Under the pieces are notes generated by a model. That model saw only the letters and a program-made list of their open reading frames with translations. It was not told the DNA's origin and searched no databases. From NCBI RefSeq assembly GCF_009914755.1, contig NC_060926.1: a stretch of DNA of 64,000 bases; one strand, 5' to 3'. A program made the translations under genes and the position numbers. How positions within the stretch are numbered: the first letter of the stretch is position 1; each line of letters opens with the position of its first letter. Positions 1-13,247 of the stretch are shown here, one piece after another. The DNA is from the human T2T-CHM13v2.0 reference genome, Homo sapiens.

Positions 1-1404
1 ACCCCCACAGCGTTCCTGGTGCTCTGGGTGCCTGCTGTTTCTGAGCCATCTAGGTGGGCACAGGGACAACCTCACCAGGGACAGTGTGGCCCCATGCTGG
101 TAAGCAGGCGATACTGACCCTGGTTCCAAACTGCATTCCTGTTGGTCCTTTGTCTTGCTCTTCCGGTATCATTACGAACACAACTTTAGAAAGTTTAACA
201 GTGGTACTCAGAGAGGCTTGTGGCCCCAACTCATGTGACAGTGACCAACAGGTGAAAGGTGACTTGTGGTCTGAACACCTGCAAGGGACACTTATTCCGA
301 TGCCTGAATCTTTGCATCTCTGCCCAGCAGATGACAGCACCTGGAGTGTTAGCTGGTCATACCTGGACCTGCGAGTGTAGGTAAGACCCTTCTTCTCAGG
401 GCCTGTTTGCTCAACTGCACGATGGAAGGGTTGGGCAAGATGGATCTTTCCTTTCTTTTCTTTTCTTTTCTCCTTTGCAGTTGAACATTTTTCTTGCCAC
501 TGAAATCACAGGTGGAGGTCTGTGTGTTCGGCAGGTGAATGGCCATGCAGGGGTGGAGGGAGGCCTGGATGCTTTTTCTTCCCTGCACTCGCAGGCCCCC
601 CATGGGACCCTCAGCCCCCAGAGGACAATTGGAGGCTTCTGGACTAGGGTTCTAAGGTCTCCTGAGAAGGTCAGAGGCTCGTTGTCCGGCCAAGACAGAC
701 AGCAGACAGTTGGCGTGTCTCAGGGTAGGAGGCTCCCCAAATAGAAAGTACTGGATTGGGAGCGGATTTATTGTTCCCTGCCTCCCCGGGGCCGTCGGCA
801 TTTCCCCTGTGGCTGCCTCACTGTTCTGATGTTGGCAAAGGTTTGTTTTATCTTCCTCCTTCCAGAACAGGAGGTGCCTCAGTGCCTCAGATGCTGCCTG
901 AGAAGGTCAGTGGCATCTGGGAGCCATGGTGAGGGTGGCAGTGACTGGGCTCGGGAGGTTCCAGAATTCTGTTAGTGAGCAGTGAGCTGTTTTATTTTCC
1001 TTCCTGCCTATGGAAGGTCCTGAGTGAACAAACAAGTTTCAGTCTCAAGACAACACATCGTGTTTCGAGGTGACCTGTCCCCACCCCACCCCTGTCACTG
1101 GGAGAAGACTGCAGGTCTCACGGTCTCCCGTCTGTCTCTGCTGCCCCCAGGTCCAGGGACTCCTGCGATTTCTCTCCCTGGTGCCTGGTATTTTTGTAGC
1201 ACTCTCTGGTTTTCAAAGTTTTCCTACAACAATTGTGCTTAAAATGAAATATAAACTCCATCCCCAGCCCCCAAGTCCCACTCCCTGCCGACCTCGTCTC
1301 TTACTGGGAAGGCCCATCTTTGTCACCAGCAGCAGCTGTGAGTGCCTCGTCAGTGTTTAAGAGTCCAGGTCGCTGCAGCATCTTGGTGTGTACTGTGGAC
1401 CCAT

Positions 1405-2212
1405 TGTGTGTGTGCCCCCAAATTCCTGTGCTGAGACCCTCACTCCGAGTAGGATGTTATTAGGAGGCGGGGCCTTTGGGAGGTAATTTGGTCATTAGTG
1501 CCCTTATAGGAAGAGGATGCGAGCCAGACCTGCCTCTGCTGTCTACCAGGCAAGTATATAATGAGAAGGTGACGTAGGAGGCGGGACTCGACTCCAGAGG
1601 CAGGACTCAGACACCAGACCAAATTGAGGACTAGCTACAACAGGGCCAGGGTAGAAACAGCTTTCCCTAAGACGTGCCCACCAGTGTGCATGTCAGTTTA
1701 CCACTGCCATGGTAATACCCGGAAGTTACGGCTCCTTTCCGTGGCAATCATCTGACGACCTGGAAATTACCACCCTTTTCCTAGAAATTTCTGCATAATC
1801 CACCCCCTAATTTGCATGTAATTAAAAGTGGGAATAAATCTGATTGCAGTGCCGCCTCTGAGCTGCTGCTCTGGGCACACTGCCTGTGGGGTAGCCCTGC
1901 CCCGCAAGGAACAGTCCCTCTGCTGCCGCTGGGCACAGCTGCTTCAGTAAAATTGCTAATACCACCGGCTCACCCTTGAATTCTTTCCTGAGTGAAGCCA
2001 AGAACCCTCCTGGGCTAAGTCCCAGTTTGGGGGCTCACCTGCCCTGCAAGATCAGGAGCCATCTGTACACCAGGAAGACAGCCCTCCCCAGAACTCAACT
2101 GTGCTGGCACCTTGATCTTGGACTTCCAGCCCCCAGAACTGTAAGAGGTAAATGTTTGTTATTGAAGCCACCCAGTCTATGGTAATTTGTTAGAGTGGCC
2201 TGGAGGAAGACA
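1405..2212 (+). mobile_element. MLT1 (ERVL-MaLR) LTR split by the ERV1 LTR (pieces ~1405-1569 and ~2055-2212)
   Basis: cccccaaattc...ggggcctttgggaggtaat and gctggcaccttgatcttggacttccagc...aagccacccagtctatggtaatttgtta. Confidence 0.75.
1570..2054 (+). mobile_element. ERV1-class solo LTR (LTR19/MER41-like; subfamily uncertain) nested in an MLT1 LTR
   Basis: TG...CA ends, ~485 bp; U3 with ccggaagt and atttgcat; 3' end gaattctttcctg...gccaagaaccctcc...ggggctcacctgccctgca typical of this LTR group. Confidence 0.7.
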
Positions 2213-2214
2213 CA

Positions 2215-2550
2215 GTATTAAGTAAGGCTTCGTGTCTGACTTCACTGAACACTGCGGTTGTGAGACGCATCTGTTGTGTGGGGCACTGAGGTTCATTCTG
2301 ATTGCTTTATGGGACTCTGTTGTGACTGTACTCCAGTTTCTCTGCCCGTGGAATGTACATGGATGTTTGGATAGTTTCCAGGGTGGGGCTGGGACAAATT
2401 GTGCAGCTCTGAGTGTTCCTGCACATGCTTTGTCTTGGACATGTGTCCTTCTTTCTGTTGGACATACATGAAGGAGGTCAGCTGCTGCTTCACGGGGCAT
2501 GTGTGTGGTCATCTTTAGTAAATATGCCAGTTTTTCAAAGTGGTCATAGA
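2215..2550 (-). mobile_element. Old L1M 3'-end fragment
   Basis: Degenerate antisense L1M motifs (ggatgtttggatagtttccag, tttttcaaagtggt). Confidence 0.55.
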
Positions 2551-3979
2551 CAGTAGATTCCTTTTATTATGTGACAAGAGCTCAAATGCCCTGGTAGTGG
2601 GAGTGGCAGCAGGAGCTACAGTAAGACATTGCACATTCTCTGGAAGTCAGGGATCCCTGCCAGTCAGTTCCCAGTGCCCCAGGAACCAGGGGTTTGGTGC
2701 TGGGCACTAGTCATGACCACTCGCGGCTCAGGTGTTGGGTGGTCTTTCCAGACCTTCACCTGTGTGAAGCTTGCAACCTGGATGGTCTCATGTGGACATC
2801 TTGGCTTCCACCCTGTGCTCTGTGTCTGGTCTCAGACCACAGCCCACCCTGGTGGTCTCCTCAGGACACATAGGCTCCTCTGTAACTCAGTTTCTTGAAT
2901 TGAACAATGGAAGAAAATGCCTCTATGAAGAGAGGTCATTGTGCAAAACGTCTGTGTGACAGTATTCTTGGAGCAACTGTGCTTATCACCCGGAGGCCAC
3001 AGTGGAATTAGTCATTTGAAAACCAGTCACCTCCAAAATAGTCATAATCCAAAACCATCCATCTTTGACTTCAGACTCCATTATAATTTTTTCTCCCTAA
3101 GGGACTTTGCTTTGTAATTATGTTGGATTTCCTAATATATTAAAATAATTTGTCATCTCTTGAGCACACATCTGCCTGCTATGAGCAAGCAGGAGAGGCC
3201 ACTTCCGGTTTTCTGCAGGTCCCAGTGAGCATGTGAAGCCTGCGCCTGGGCAAGAGGTTGGATACTGGGAGGAAGAAGCTTTTCCAGTACCCTTTCCCAA
3301 AGACCAGCCAGTGAGGGAAATGGGCACCGAATGCACCCCACCCCCCGGCCTGGGACTGGGCCAAGAAGGAGGAACTGACCCCAGAAATGGCCCCGGAACC
3401 ATAACCTGCTTACACTGTGACCTGCAGTGCCCATGGTGGCAGCCTGGGCTGTTTCTGGAGTTGAGCGGAGAGTTCCTCCAGTCTAAACTCCTTAGAGAAC
3501 ATGAATATTCCTGAGGGCCTGGGGTCCGGCACCACCTTCAGTGGACTGGATCACCTTCTTGAAGGCAGAGAGATCTTAAGAGCTTATGTCTGACTGCCTA
3601 CCCGATGCCCAGCACTAATCTGCATGCACCCCACTGGGCCATGGGCTTCTCAAAGGTGGGGACGCTGTCCCTGTACCTAACACACATGGTGGGCACTCGG
3701 CCTAGGTTTGCAGGGCCTGCTGGGGAGTTCTCCAAGGCAGTTTTATAGCTCAGCTCCAGCACCTTCCTGGGGGCCCAGTCCTGGATTTGAGGCTGCCAGG
3801 GGGGTTTGCAGTCAGCTAAGTTGGTACCCATCCATCCCTTCCCCTCTGTAAGGGGTGACAAGCACTAAGACCTGTTATGTCCCCTGGAAGCTCTACACTC
3901 TGTCCCCTTGCTCTTGTGACTCTGCTCTTTGCTCTCCTGTCCACTGGCATATAGGAGTAGGAGGATATTGACTTAGATT

Positions 3980-4310
3980 CCTTTTTATTATTTTTGTTTA
4001 AATCAGCTTTGTGGAAATGTAATTCACATACCCTACCATTTACCCATTTAAAGTATACAATGTAAAGTATACAATTCAGTGATTTTTAGCATATTCACTT
4101 GTATGTGCAATTATCACCATGGTCAATTTTAGAGTGCTTTCATCACTCCAAAAGGAAACCCGTACCCTTTACCTGCTAGCCCCTCTTTCCCCATCCGCTC
4201 TTCTGCCAGCCCCAAGAAACTACGAATCTACTTTCTGTCTCTGTTCTGGACATTTTATATAGATGGAATCATACCACATTTGTCCTTTTGTGTCTGGCAT
4301 CTTTCATTAT
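3980..4310 (-). mobile_element. L1MB-like 3' end fragment
   Basis: cagctttgtggaaatgtaattcacatac...tttaaagtatacaattcagtg...atggaatcatac. Confidence 0.7.
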
Positions 4311-4331
4311 ATTTTTGGGGTCTTGTTGCTG

Positions 4332-4926
<595 letters not shown>

Positions 4927-5119
4927 TAAATATTTGTAGAATTCAGTAGTGAAGCTATTTGGCCAGGGCTTTTCTTTGTGGATAGTGTTTTGATTACTAA
5001 TTCAATCTCTTCACGTGTTATAAGTCTTTCAAATTGTCTCTTTCTTGAGACAGTTCTGGTAGTTTGTGTCTTTCTACTTGGCTTAGACTTTGCAGGCCTC
5101 CCCTGCTCTTTCAGTCATA

Positions 5120-5350
5120 GTTGACATTTATTGAGTTCTTTCTATGTACCAAGCATTTGTTGTGCATTAGCTCATTTAATCTTTACAAAAACTTGATGAG
5201 CTAGGTAGTACTATTGTCATCTCCATTTTACAAATGCGGGAGTGGAAGCAGCGGGAGTGGAAGCAGGGAGAGGTGAGATAACAGGTCAAGGTCACACTGT
5301 TAGGAAATAGGAAACAGTCCAGCTGGGTTTTGATTCCAGACAGTCCAGCC
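5120..5350 (+). mobile_element. MIR
   Basis: acatttattgag...ctcatttaatctttacaa...ctccattttacaaatg...aaggtcacac. Confidence 0.7.
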
Positions 5351-6416
5351 ATGCAGCCCCTGGCCTTGCCACCTCCCTCTGCCATTCTCCAGAGACTCGG
5401 AGAGGGGCCTAAGGCCTGACATGAACGAAGGGCTGGGGGAGGTGGGGTCGGAAGGGCCCCAGGAAAAGCGTGTGTGTGAAGGGCTCAGACTCCCAGTTGG
5501 GGAGTTCGGATGTCCCCTTCTGGGGCTTTCATCTTCTAACCTCCTCTCCCAAGCGCTCAGCCAAAGGGCAGCACAGAGCACCCTACCCTAAGGTGTGACG
5601 CCCCAGCTGGCAGGACTTTGGAGCAGTAGATCTGTGCCCAGCAGGTCTGTATGAATCACCCAGGCCTCTGCATTTTGCTTTTCTAGAGGAAGAGGCATGG
5701 CAATTTGTAAGACAATCGCCAGACAGAAATCGGGAGCAACCAGACATAACTCAACATAATTATTTCTGCATAATGACTTCTGCTACTTGATTCTGTCTCG
5801 AGCAATGACTGTAATCTCTATCTGTCACTGGGAAGCTGGTGGCCAGGGAGCCCCTGTGGCTTAGAGATAGAGCCAGGAGGAAATTTGCAATTCGAGTTAA
5901 TGGAGTGTTCCCAAGCAGCCTGAGCGCCAATTCCTTCAAGGTCTCCGGAACAGCAGACCCCCTTCCTGCTAGGAAGCCTGGTGTCAGAGCTGGCTGGGCC
6001 TCCTCTGCGGAGTCCAGCTCATCCACTTTGTCACAGATGGGGAAACTGGAAATGGCAGAGGTCACAGGATGTGCCCAAGGCACAGGCCAACCTGGAACCA
6101 GCACTTCCTCTCCACCCTCCCACCACCCAGCATTTTCCCCTTCAGCTGGCCTGGCTGTGGTGGGACAGAGGGAAGATGCCTCTGTGGAGCTGGTCACTGA
6201 AAGTGCTGGCCAGGCAGGGCTGCCCCCAGGAAGCTGGAGACAGTGGGGCCTTTGCAACCAGATAGCGAGGGACCTCAATGTGGAGATTGGGTGTGCTTGC
6301 TGAGCGTGCCAGCAGGCTTGTGCTCACCTGCTCCAGCTGGGGGCATGCAGAGGCCCCTCCTACCCCAGGAGGATGCTTATTCACTGCATTCCATGGCCTT
6401 TTAAAAATCCCCTTTA

Positions 6417-6998
<582 letters not shown>

Positions 6999-7059
6999 TC
7001 AAAGCAGTGCGCACGGAGCTGTGAGATAAATTGGCTGAGATCATCGATTTGAAAACGCC

Positions 7060-7375
7060 GTGAGAAAATATGGGGCAAGGCAGAGAGCACAGAGGGGCTT
7101 TAGGGCAGCGAGCCCGCGCTATGTGATGCTGTAATGGTGGGTGCGCATCGGTACACGTTTGTCAAAGCCCACGGAGTGGCCCACGCCAAGAGGGAACCCT
7201 AACGTGAGCTGCGGACCTGGGGGGTGATGATGGTCAGTGCAGGTCCCTCAGTTGTAACAAATGGCCTGCTCTGGCAGGGGATGTGGATCGTGGGGAAGGC
7301 TGTGGCCGGGAGTGGTGTAAGGGGTGTGTGGGAACTTTCTGCTCAATTTTGTTGGGAAGACCTAAAAAATAAAAT
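7060..7375 (+). mobile_element. L1MC-like 3' end
   Basis: tttagggcag...tgatgctgtaatggtgg...tttgtcaaagccca...tgtaacaaatg...ctttctgctcaattttg...aaaaataaa. Confidence 0.65.
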
Positions 7376-7377
7376 CT

Positions 7378-7680
<303 letters not shown>

Positions 7681-7696
7681 AAAATCTATCTTTAAA

Positions 7697-7722
7697 ACAC
7701 ACACACACACACACACACACAC
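7697..7722. repeat. (CA)n microsatellite
   Basis: ~13 AC units. Confidence 0.95.
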
Positions 7723-9397
7723 TGCTATCTTAAAAGCATAGGGACCTTGCAGTGAGAATTTCTGGTGGGAAGATGTATGACTTTGTCAGGTCTTGAATTC
7801 TAGCAGTGAGTTTACATTCCATAATTGGCCTACAAAATTCTATATTTGGGAAACAGTAGAAATTTAACTCTGAGCAAGATACACCCTATTTCCAATCACA
7901 CGTGATGCATCTCGGGGGCATTCATTTGTCAAACATTATTTGTTGAGCACCTGCTGTGTCCAGGCTCTGGACGCATAGACGTGAAACGGACGATTTCCTG
8001 ACCTTGTGGCGCTCACAGTCAGGGGGGTGGGTTGGTGGGTGGGCGGAAGGAGGGGAGAGGTGCAGCACCCCCATTGTGCAGGAGCGAGGGGAGCCCCGCT
8101 GGCACGCCGCACTGTGCTGAGGCTGGGTGTTCTAGGGTGAACAAGCCACTTCGTCTAGTGGGTGCTTGTAAAGCGGGATCGTTGCTATGAGAGAGAGAAC
8201 CTTGCGTTGGGAGAAAGTAATTAGGGAGTGTGCGGTAGATGCGGAAGAGAAACGGGCCGTCAGGTGAAGTGACTGTCAGGATTCCATCCTGGCTCGGCCC
8301 CTTGGAAGACACATGATCTTGCAGGTAATTAGCTCCTGTAAGCCTCCATTTTTCCCCGTCTGTCAAATGGGGATGATGATTGTGCCTGCCTCCCAGGGCT
8401 GCTGTGTGGATTACGTTGGATAATGAGTACAAATGCATAGACAGCCTTTAGCAAGGAGCCTGGTTGTATAGAGCTGTCGGCCTCAACACTGTTAATACAC
8501 ATATGTACCAGAGGCTGCAGGTTCACGGAGGAGGAGTCACCAATCCATGCCCGGGGAGCAGGCAGAGAAGAGGGAGGCGGGCCCGTCCCGAGTTCACGCC
8601 ACGTGAAAGGTGCTTGGAACGCTTGTGCCAGAGCTGGCAGTGAGGGTTGAGGGTGGGAGTGGCCGAGCACCTAGACACCCGCAATGCAAATTTTCCTTCT
8701 CAGTCTCTGGATGGTTTTCTGAGCTGAGCTGCGGGCTGAATGTCAGGTGATGCGTCCTGACCTCTTCCTGAGCACCTAGTGTGTGCCCTGTGCTGGGCCC
8801 AGGAGGCATGCTGGGGGCAATGTGGGCCTCAAGGAGGAGGTCGGGTGATGAGGGGCCAACCCAGGTATGCCAGTCAAGAAACCGTGGAGGCTGGAGAGAC
8901 CCTGAAGGGAGCAGGGCACAGTCGTGGGTGGCAGGCCTGGGTGTGCCTGATTCCACTGAACCCTCGTAACAGCCCTGGGTGCAGAGTGTAGAGTGCTGGG
9001 TGAGGACGGAGGCTGTGCGTCTGTGATGGCCCCAGGTGACAATGCTGTTGGGATTTGAACCTGAGTTTGTGGACCACAGAGGTCCCGGCCACACTTAGTT
9101 TCCATGCCAGTTTTGTAGTAACCAGCAACCTCACTCGAAGGGTGGCCAGCATCTTACCTTGGGGCTTCTATCAACGTTGTCCTGGGCTTCTCGCCTGCTG
9201 GGGTGCAGCGGTCTTGGGCATGTGCCCCTGTCCATGGTGGCTGGCCGGAGGCCGGGAGCCAGGGCTTTCTGTATGTAGCATGGCACTTGCAAAAACTGTG
9301 ATCCCCCAGCAGGCACCACAGAAGCAACCAGAGGGAGGGGCATGGGCTCCGGGCCGGGTCGTCACAGCCTGCGTGACCTGTCGCTCTTCTCTTCCAG

Positions 9398-9483
9398 GGG
9401 CATGGTCTAGTGGCCCAGTCAGGACGCGGAAACACTCCCTGGAGGTTCTGACCCACTCCCTCTCAGCCTCCGCCTGGTCTCTG
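9398..9483 (+). other. HPCAL1: HPCAL1 non-coding 5'UTR exon (86 nt)
   Basis: Strong acceptor ctcttctcttccag|GGGCATG and consensus donor CTG|gtaagt; matches my recollection of the HPCAL1 mRNA leader (...GCCTGGTCTCTG|GTGTAGTCGCC...). Confidence 0.85.
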
Positions 9484-11771
9484 GTAAGTCACTCCCAGAG
9501 GCCGACTGGCTCAGGGTGGGTGAGGACTGAGGATGGAAGTGGGTGGCTCCTGCTGTGCCGTGGGGTCCTGCCCATGTGTGGGGACTGGACCCAGCTCAGC
9601 AGAAAGAGCAGGGAAGACTGGGCGTGGGGGGCAGCCCAGCTAGCACCCCTAGACAGGTCAGGAAACTGCGGCTCGGAAATGCAGAGAAACAGCCCCCCAG
9701 GCCCCACAGCCATCTCAGCTCTCGCCCTAAGCTGGCCAGGTCTTTCTGGGTAGATCGCGTGACCTTCGGTGCTTCTGTTTGGCGATTTGTCAGGGGAATG
9801 AGGGGCCCAGAACTTTGAGAAGGACGTGTGGGTGAGGGCAAGGAGGGCACTGTCTTAGTGTCCGGGTTTCTTTGTCTTCTATCCCCTGCAGCCCCTGTGC
9901 CTGGAAGCTTCCTTCTCCCAGGCTCCTGTGCATGGTCAGGGCCACTCAGCCCTCTGGACCCCCACCCACGCCAGATAAGCTGTCTGCGCTGGGAGCTGGG
10001 CATGTGGCTCTCCCCTCAGAGCAGTTACCGTAGGCTGCCGGGCCCAGGGTCTGTCTGAATCCGCCACCCTGCAGCCCCCCAGGCCCCTGCCTGCTCTGGG
10101 TGCGAGGAAGGCTTGAGGGAGGGCAAAGTGCTTACAGCTTGAATGCACCACCCTGGCCTGGCCACTGGTCGCCTCTCCCCCAGTGTTAGCCTGGCTTAGG
10201 GGCTTTTTCCATCCGGAATCCTTCCTGGCCCTGCCTGAGCTAACTCCGTGAGCTCGGGAGGGCTCCTCATGACCCTGGTCATCCTGCCAGCTCCCGAGAC
10301 AGGAAGGCCCGGCCATGTCCCGGGGCTGCCCTCGGGTCTGGAGAGCCTGCCAGCCATGCTGTGGGGCTGCCCTTCCAGCGTTGAGGGTTTGGTTTTGTTT
10401 GTAAGCAAGGAACCAGGTATGCGATGCTGGAGAGTGTGTAATTCTGGCTGTGCCTCTTCACAGCCCCTTCCAATCTCGTGCATATTAAGGTTGATAAAAA
10501 CACCCTCTTCAGGGTCAATGCGAGATCAGACCTGGAGTGAAGTGTCCCTGTGGTATCTGGACCAGCAGGACCTGGCTGCCCCACAGCTCCTCCTCTCTCT
10601 CCCTCCTCCCTCTCATGGTCTCATGACTATTATGGTGACTCTTGTCACTCACCACCCTGCCCCACCTGCTCCTGCATACTGTGAGCATCAGTTGGGGCCA
10701 TGGATGTAGCAAGGGTCAGCTGTCATAGGCTCCCGGGGGGACACCTGGGGGAGGGACATTTGGGGACAGAGCCCCATCTGGCCATGCCCAGCCCCTGAGA
10801 GCCCTCATCACCGACTTGCATCTGGTGAGTTTGGCAGGGTCCTGTATAAGGATTAAAGTCCTCCAAGTCCTCATACAAAGTCGCTTTCCAAAAGTCTGGA
10901 ATTTTCTTGGCCCTAGACACGGGAGATGCTCTTTATAATTTTCATCTTCCCACTCAGAAGGAACCACCTTTGAATACTCAGCCAGGCTAAAATTTGGACC
11001 CAAAACCTGTTAAAGCATCACTGTCTTAATTTCAGTGTTCACGATGGGGTTCTGGGCTGTGTGAGGGGTGGAGGGCAGATACCAGTGGCAGGTTTCATCT
11101 GTGGCCCTGGTAGATGTGAGTCCCGCAGCCGGTCAGCCCAGGGCCCAGGGCAGACCCCGGGCGTGGCTGCTTTCCCGCTGGGCACCAACGCACGCACGTG
11201 GTGTTTCCAGGGCAAAGTGAGCTCCCCACCCTCTGCCCGTCCCCTGCCCCGCCCTTAGATCTGCATCCCGTGGGTGGGGTGGGTTTTCCTGCCTTCCTCT
11301 TCCTGAGGGAGGCGATTTCTCCTTCCGCTTTCTCCTTGCCACAGTAGCTGCTGGGTTGGGAGGAGACATCCAGGCTGGGGCCTCAGCCTCAGGGTGCCAG
11401 TTAGCATGTGGTTAGCTGAGAAAAAAGTATTTTTCTCAGCAGAAAATAGACACAACTGCATGTGAAGGGGCCACTTCCACTCCTTCATTCTCCATCCACC
11501 AGCCTTACTGGAGCTAGAGAGTGGGGGAACATCTGGGTCCGTGTTACCTGGATGTCACCTGCATACAAATGTCCTGGCCCGAGGCCACTGTCAGCACGGG
11601 TGCACAGGGGAGGCGCCTGGCCCGGCAGGTCGTGCTGAGGCTGATACCCGTGTCAAGAAGCTGGAGCAGGCGAAGGGATCAGAAGAGGGTAGAGGAGGTG
11701 GTCCGAGGTGTCCATTCCCATCCCCAGACCCCTGGGGCATTTCAGTGCACGCACAGCAAATAATATCACTG

Positions 11772-13247
11772 CACCACCACCACCACCACCACCACCACCA
11801 CCACCATCACCACCACCATCACCACCATCACCACCATCACCGCCACCACCACCACCACCACCGCCGCCGCCGCCGCCACCGCCGCCACCACCACCACCAT
11901 CACCATCATCACCGCCGCCACCACCACCACCATCACCATCACCACCACCACCACCACCACCATCACCATCATCACCACCACCATCACCATCACCACCACC
12001 ACCACCACCACCACCACCATCACCACCACCATCACCATCACCACCACCACCACCACCACCATCACCATCATCACCACCACCACCACCACCACCACCATCA
12101 CCATCATCACCGCCACCACCACCACCACCATCACCATCATCACCACCACCACCACCACCACCATCACCATCATCACCACCACCACCACCACCACCATCAC
12201 CATCATCACCGCCACCACCACCACCATCACCATCATCACCACCACCACCACCACCACCACCATCACCATCATCACCGCCACCACCACCACCACCATCACC
12301 ATCATCACCACCACCACCACCACCACCATCACCATCATCACCGCCACCACCACCACCACCATCACCATCATCACCGCCACCACCACCACCATCACCATCA
12401 TCACCGCCGCCACCACCACCACCATCACCATCATCACCGCCACCACCACCACCACCATCACCACCACAACCACCACCACCACCACCATCACCACCACTAC
12501 CACCACCACCACCACCATCACCACCACCACTACCATCATCACCACCACCACCACCACCACCACCATCACCATCACCACCACCACCACCATCACCATCACC
12601 ACCACCACCACCATCACCATCATCACCACCATCACCGCCACCATCACCATCACCACCACCACCACCACCACCACCACCATCACCACCACCACTACCATCA
12701 TCACCACCACCACCACCATCACCATCACCACCACCACCACCATCACCATCACCACCACCACCACCATCACCATCATCACCACCACCACCACCACCATCAC
12801 CACCACCACTACCATCATCACCACCACCACCACCACCACCACCATCACCATCACCACCACCACCACCATCACCATCACCACCACCACCACCATCACCATC
12901 ATCACCACCATCACCGCCACCATCACCATCACCACCACCGCCACCACCACCACCACCATCACCACCACAACCACCACCACCACCACCATCACCACCACCA
13001 CTACCATCATCACCACCACCACCACCACCACCATCACCACCACCACCACCACCACCATCACCATCACCACCACCACCACCATCACCATCACCACCACCAC
13101 CACCATCACCATCATCACCACCATCACCGCCACCATCACCATCACCACCACCGCTGCCACCACCGCCACCGCCACCGCCACCATCACCGCCACCACTACC
13201 GCCACCGCCACCACCACCGCCACCGCCACCGCCACCACCACCACCAC
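11772..13247. repeat. ~1.48-kb complex trinucleotide array (CAC/CAT with CGC, TAC, AAC variants)
   Basis: Uninterrupted 3-nt periodicity; reads poly-His, Pro/Ser or Thr/Ile on +. Confidence 0.98.
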
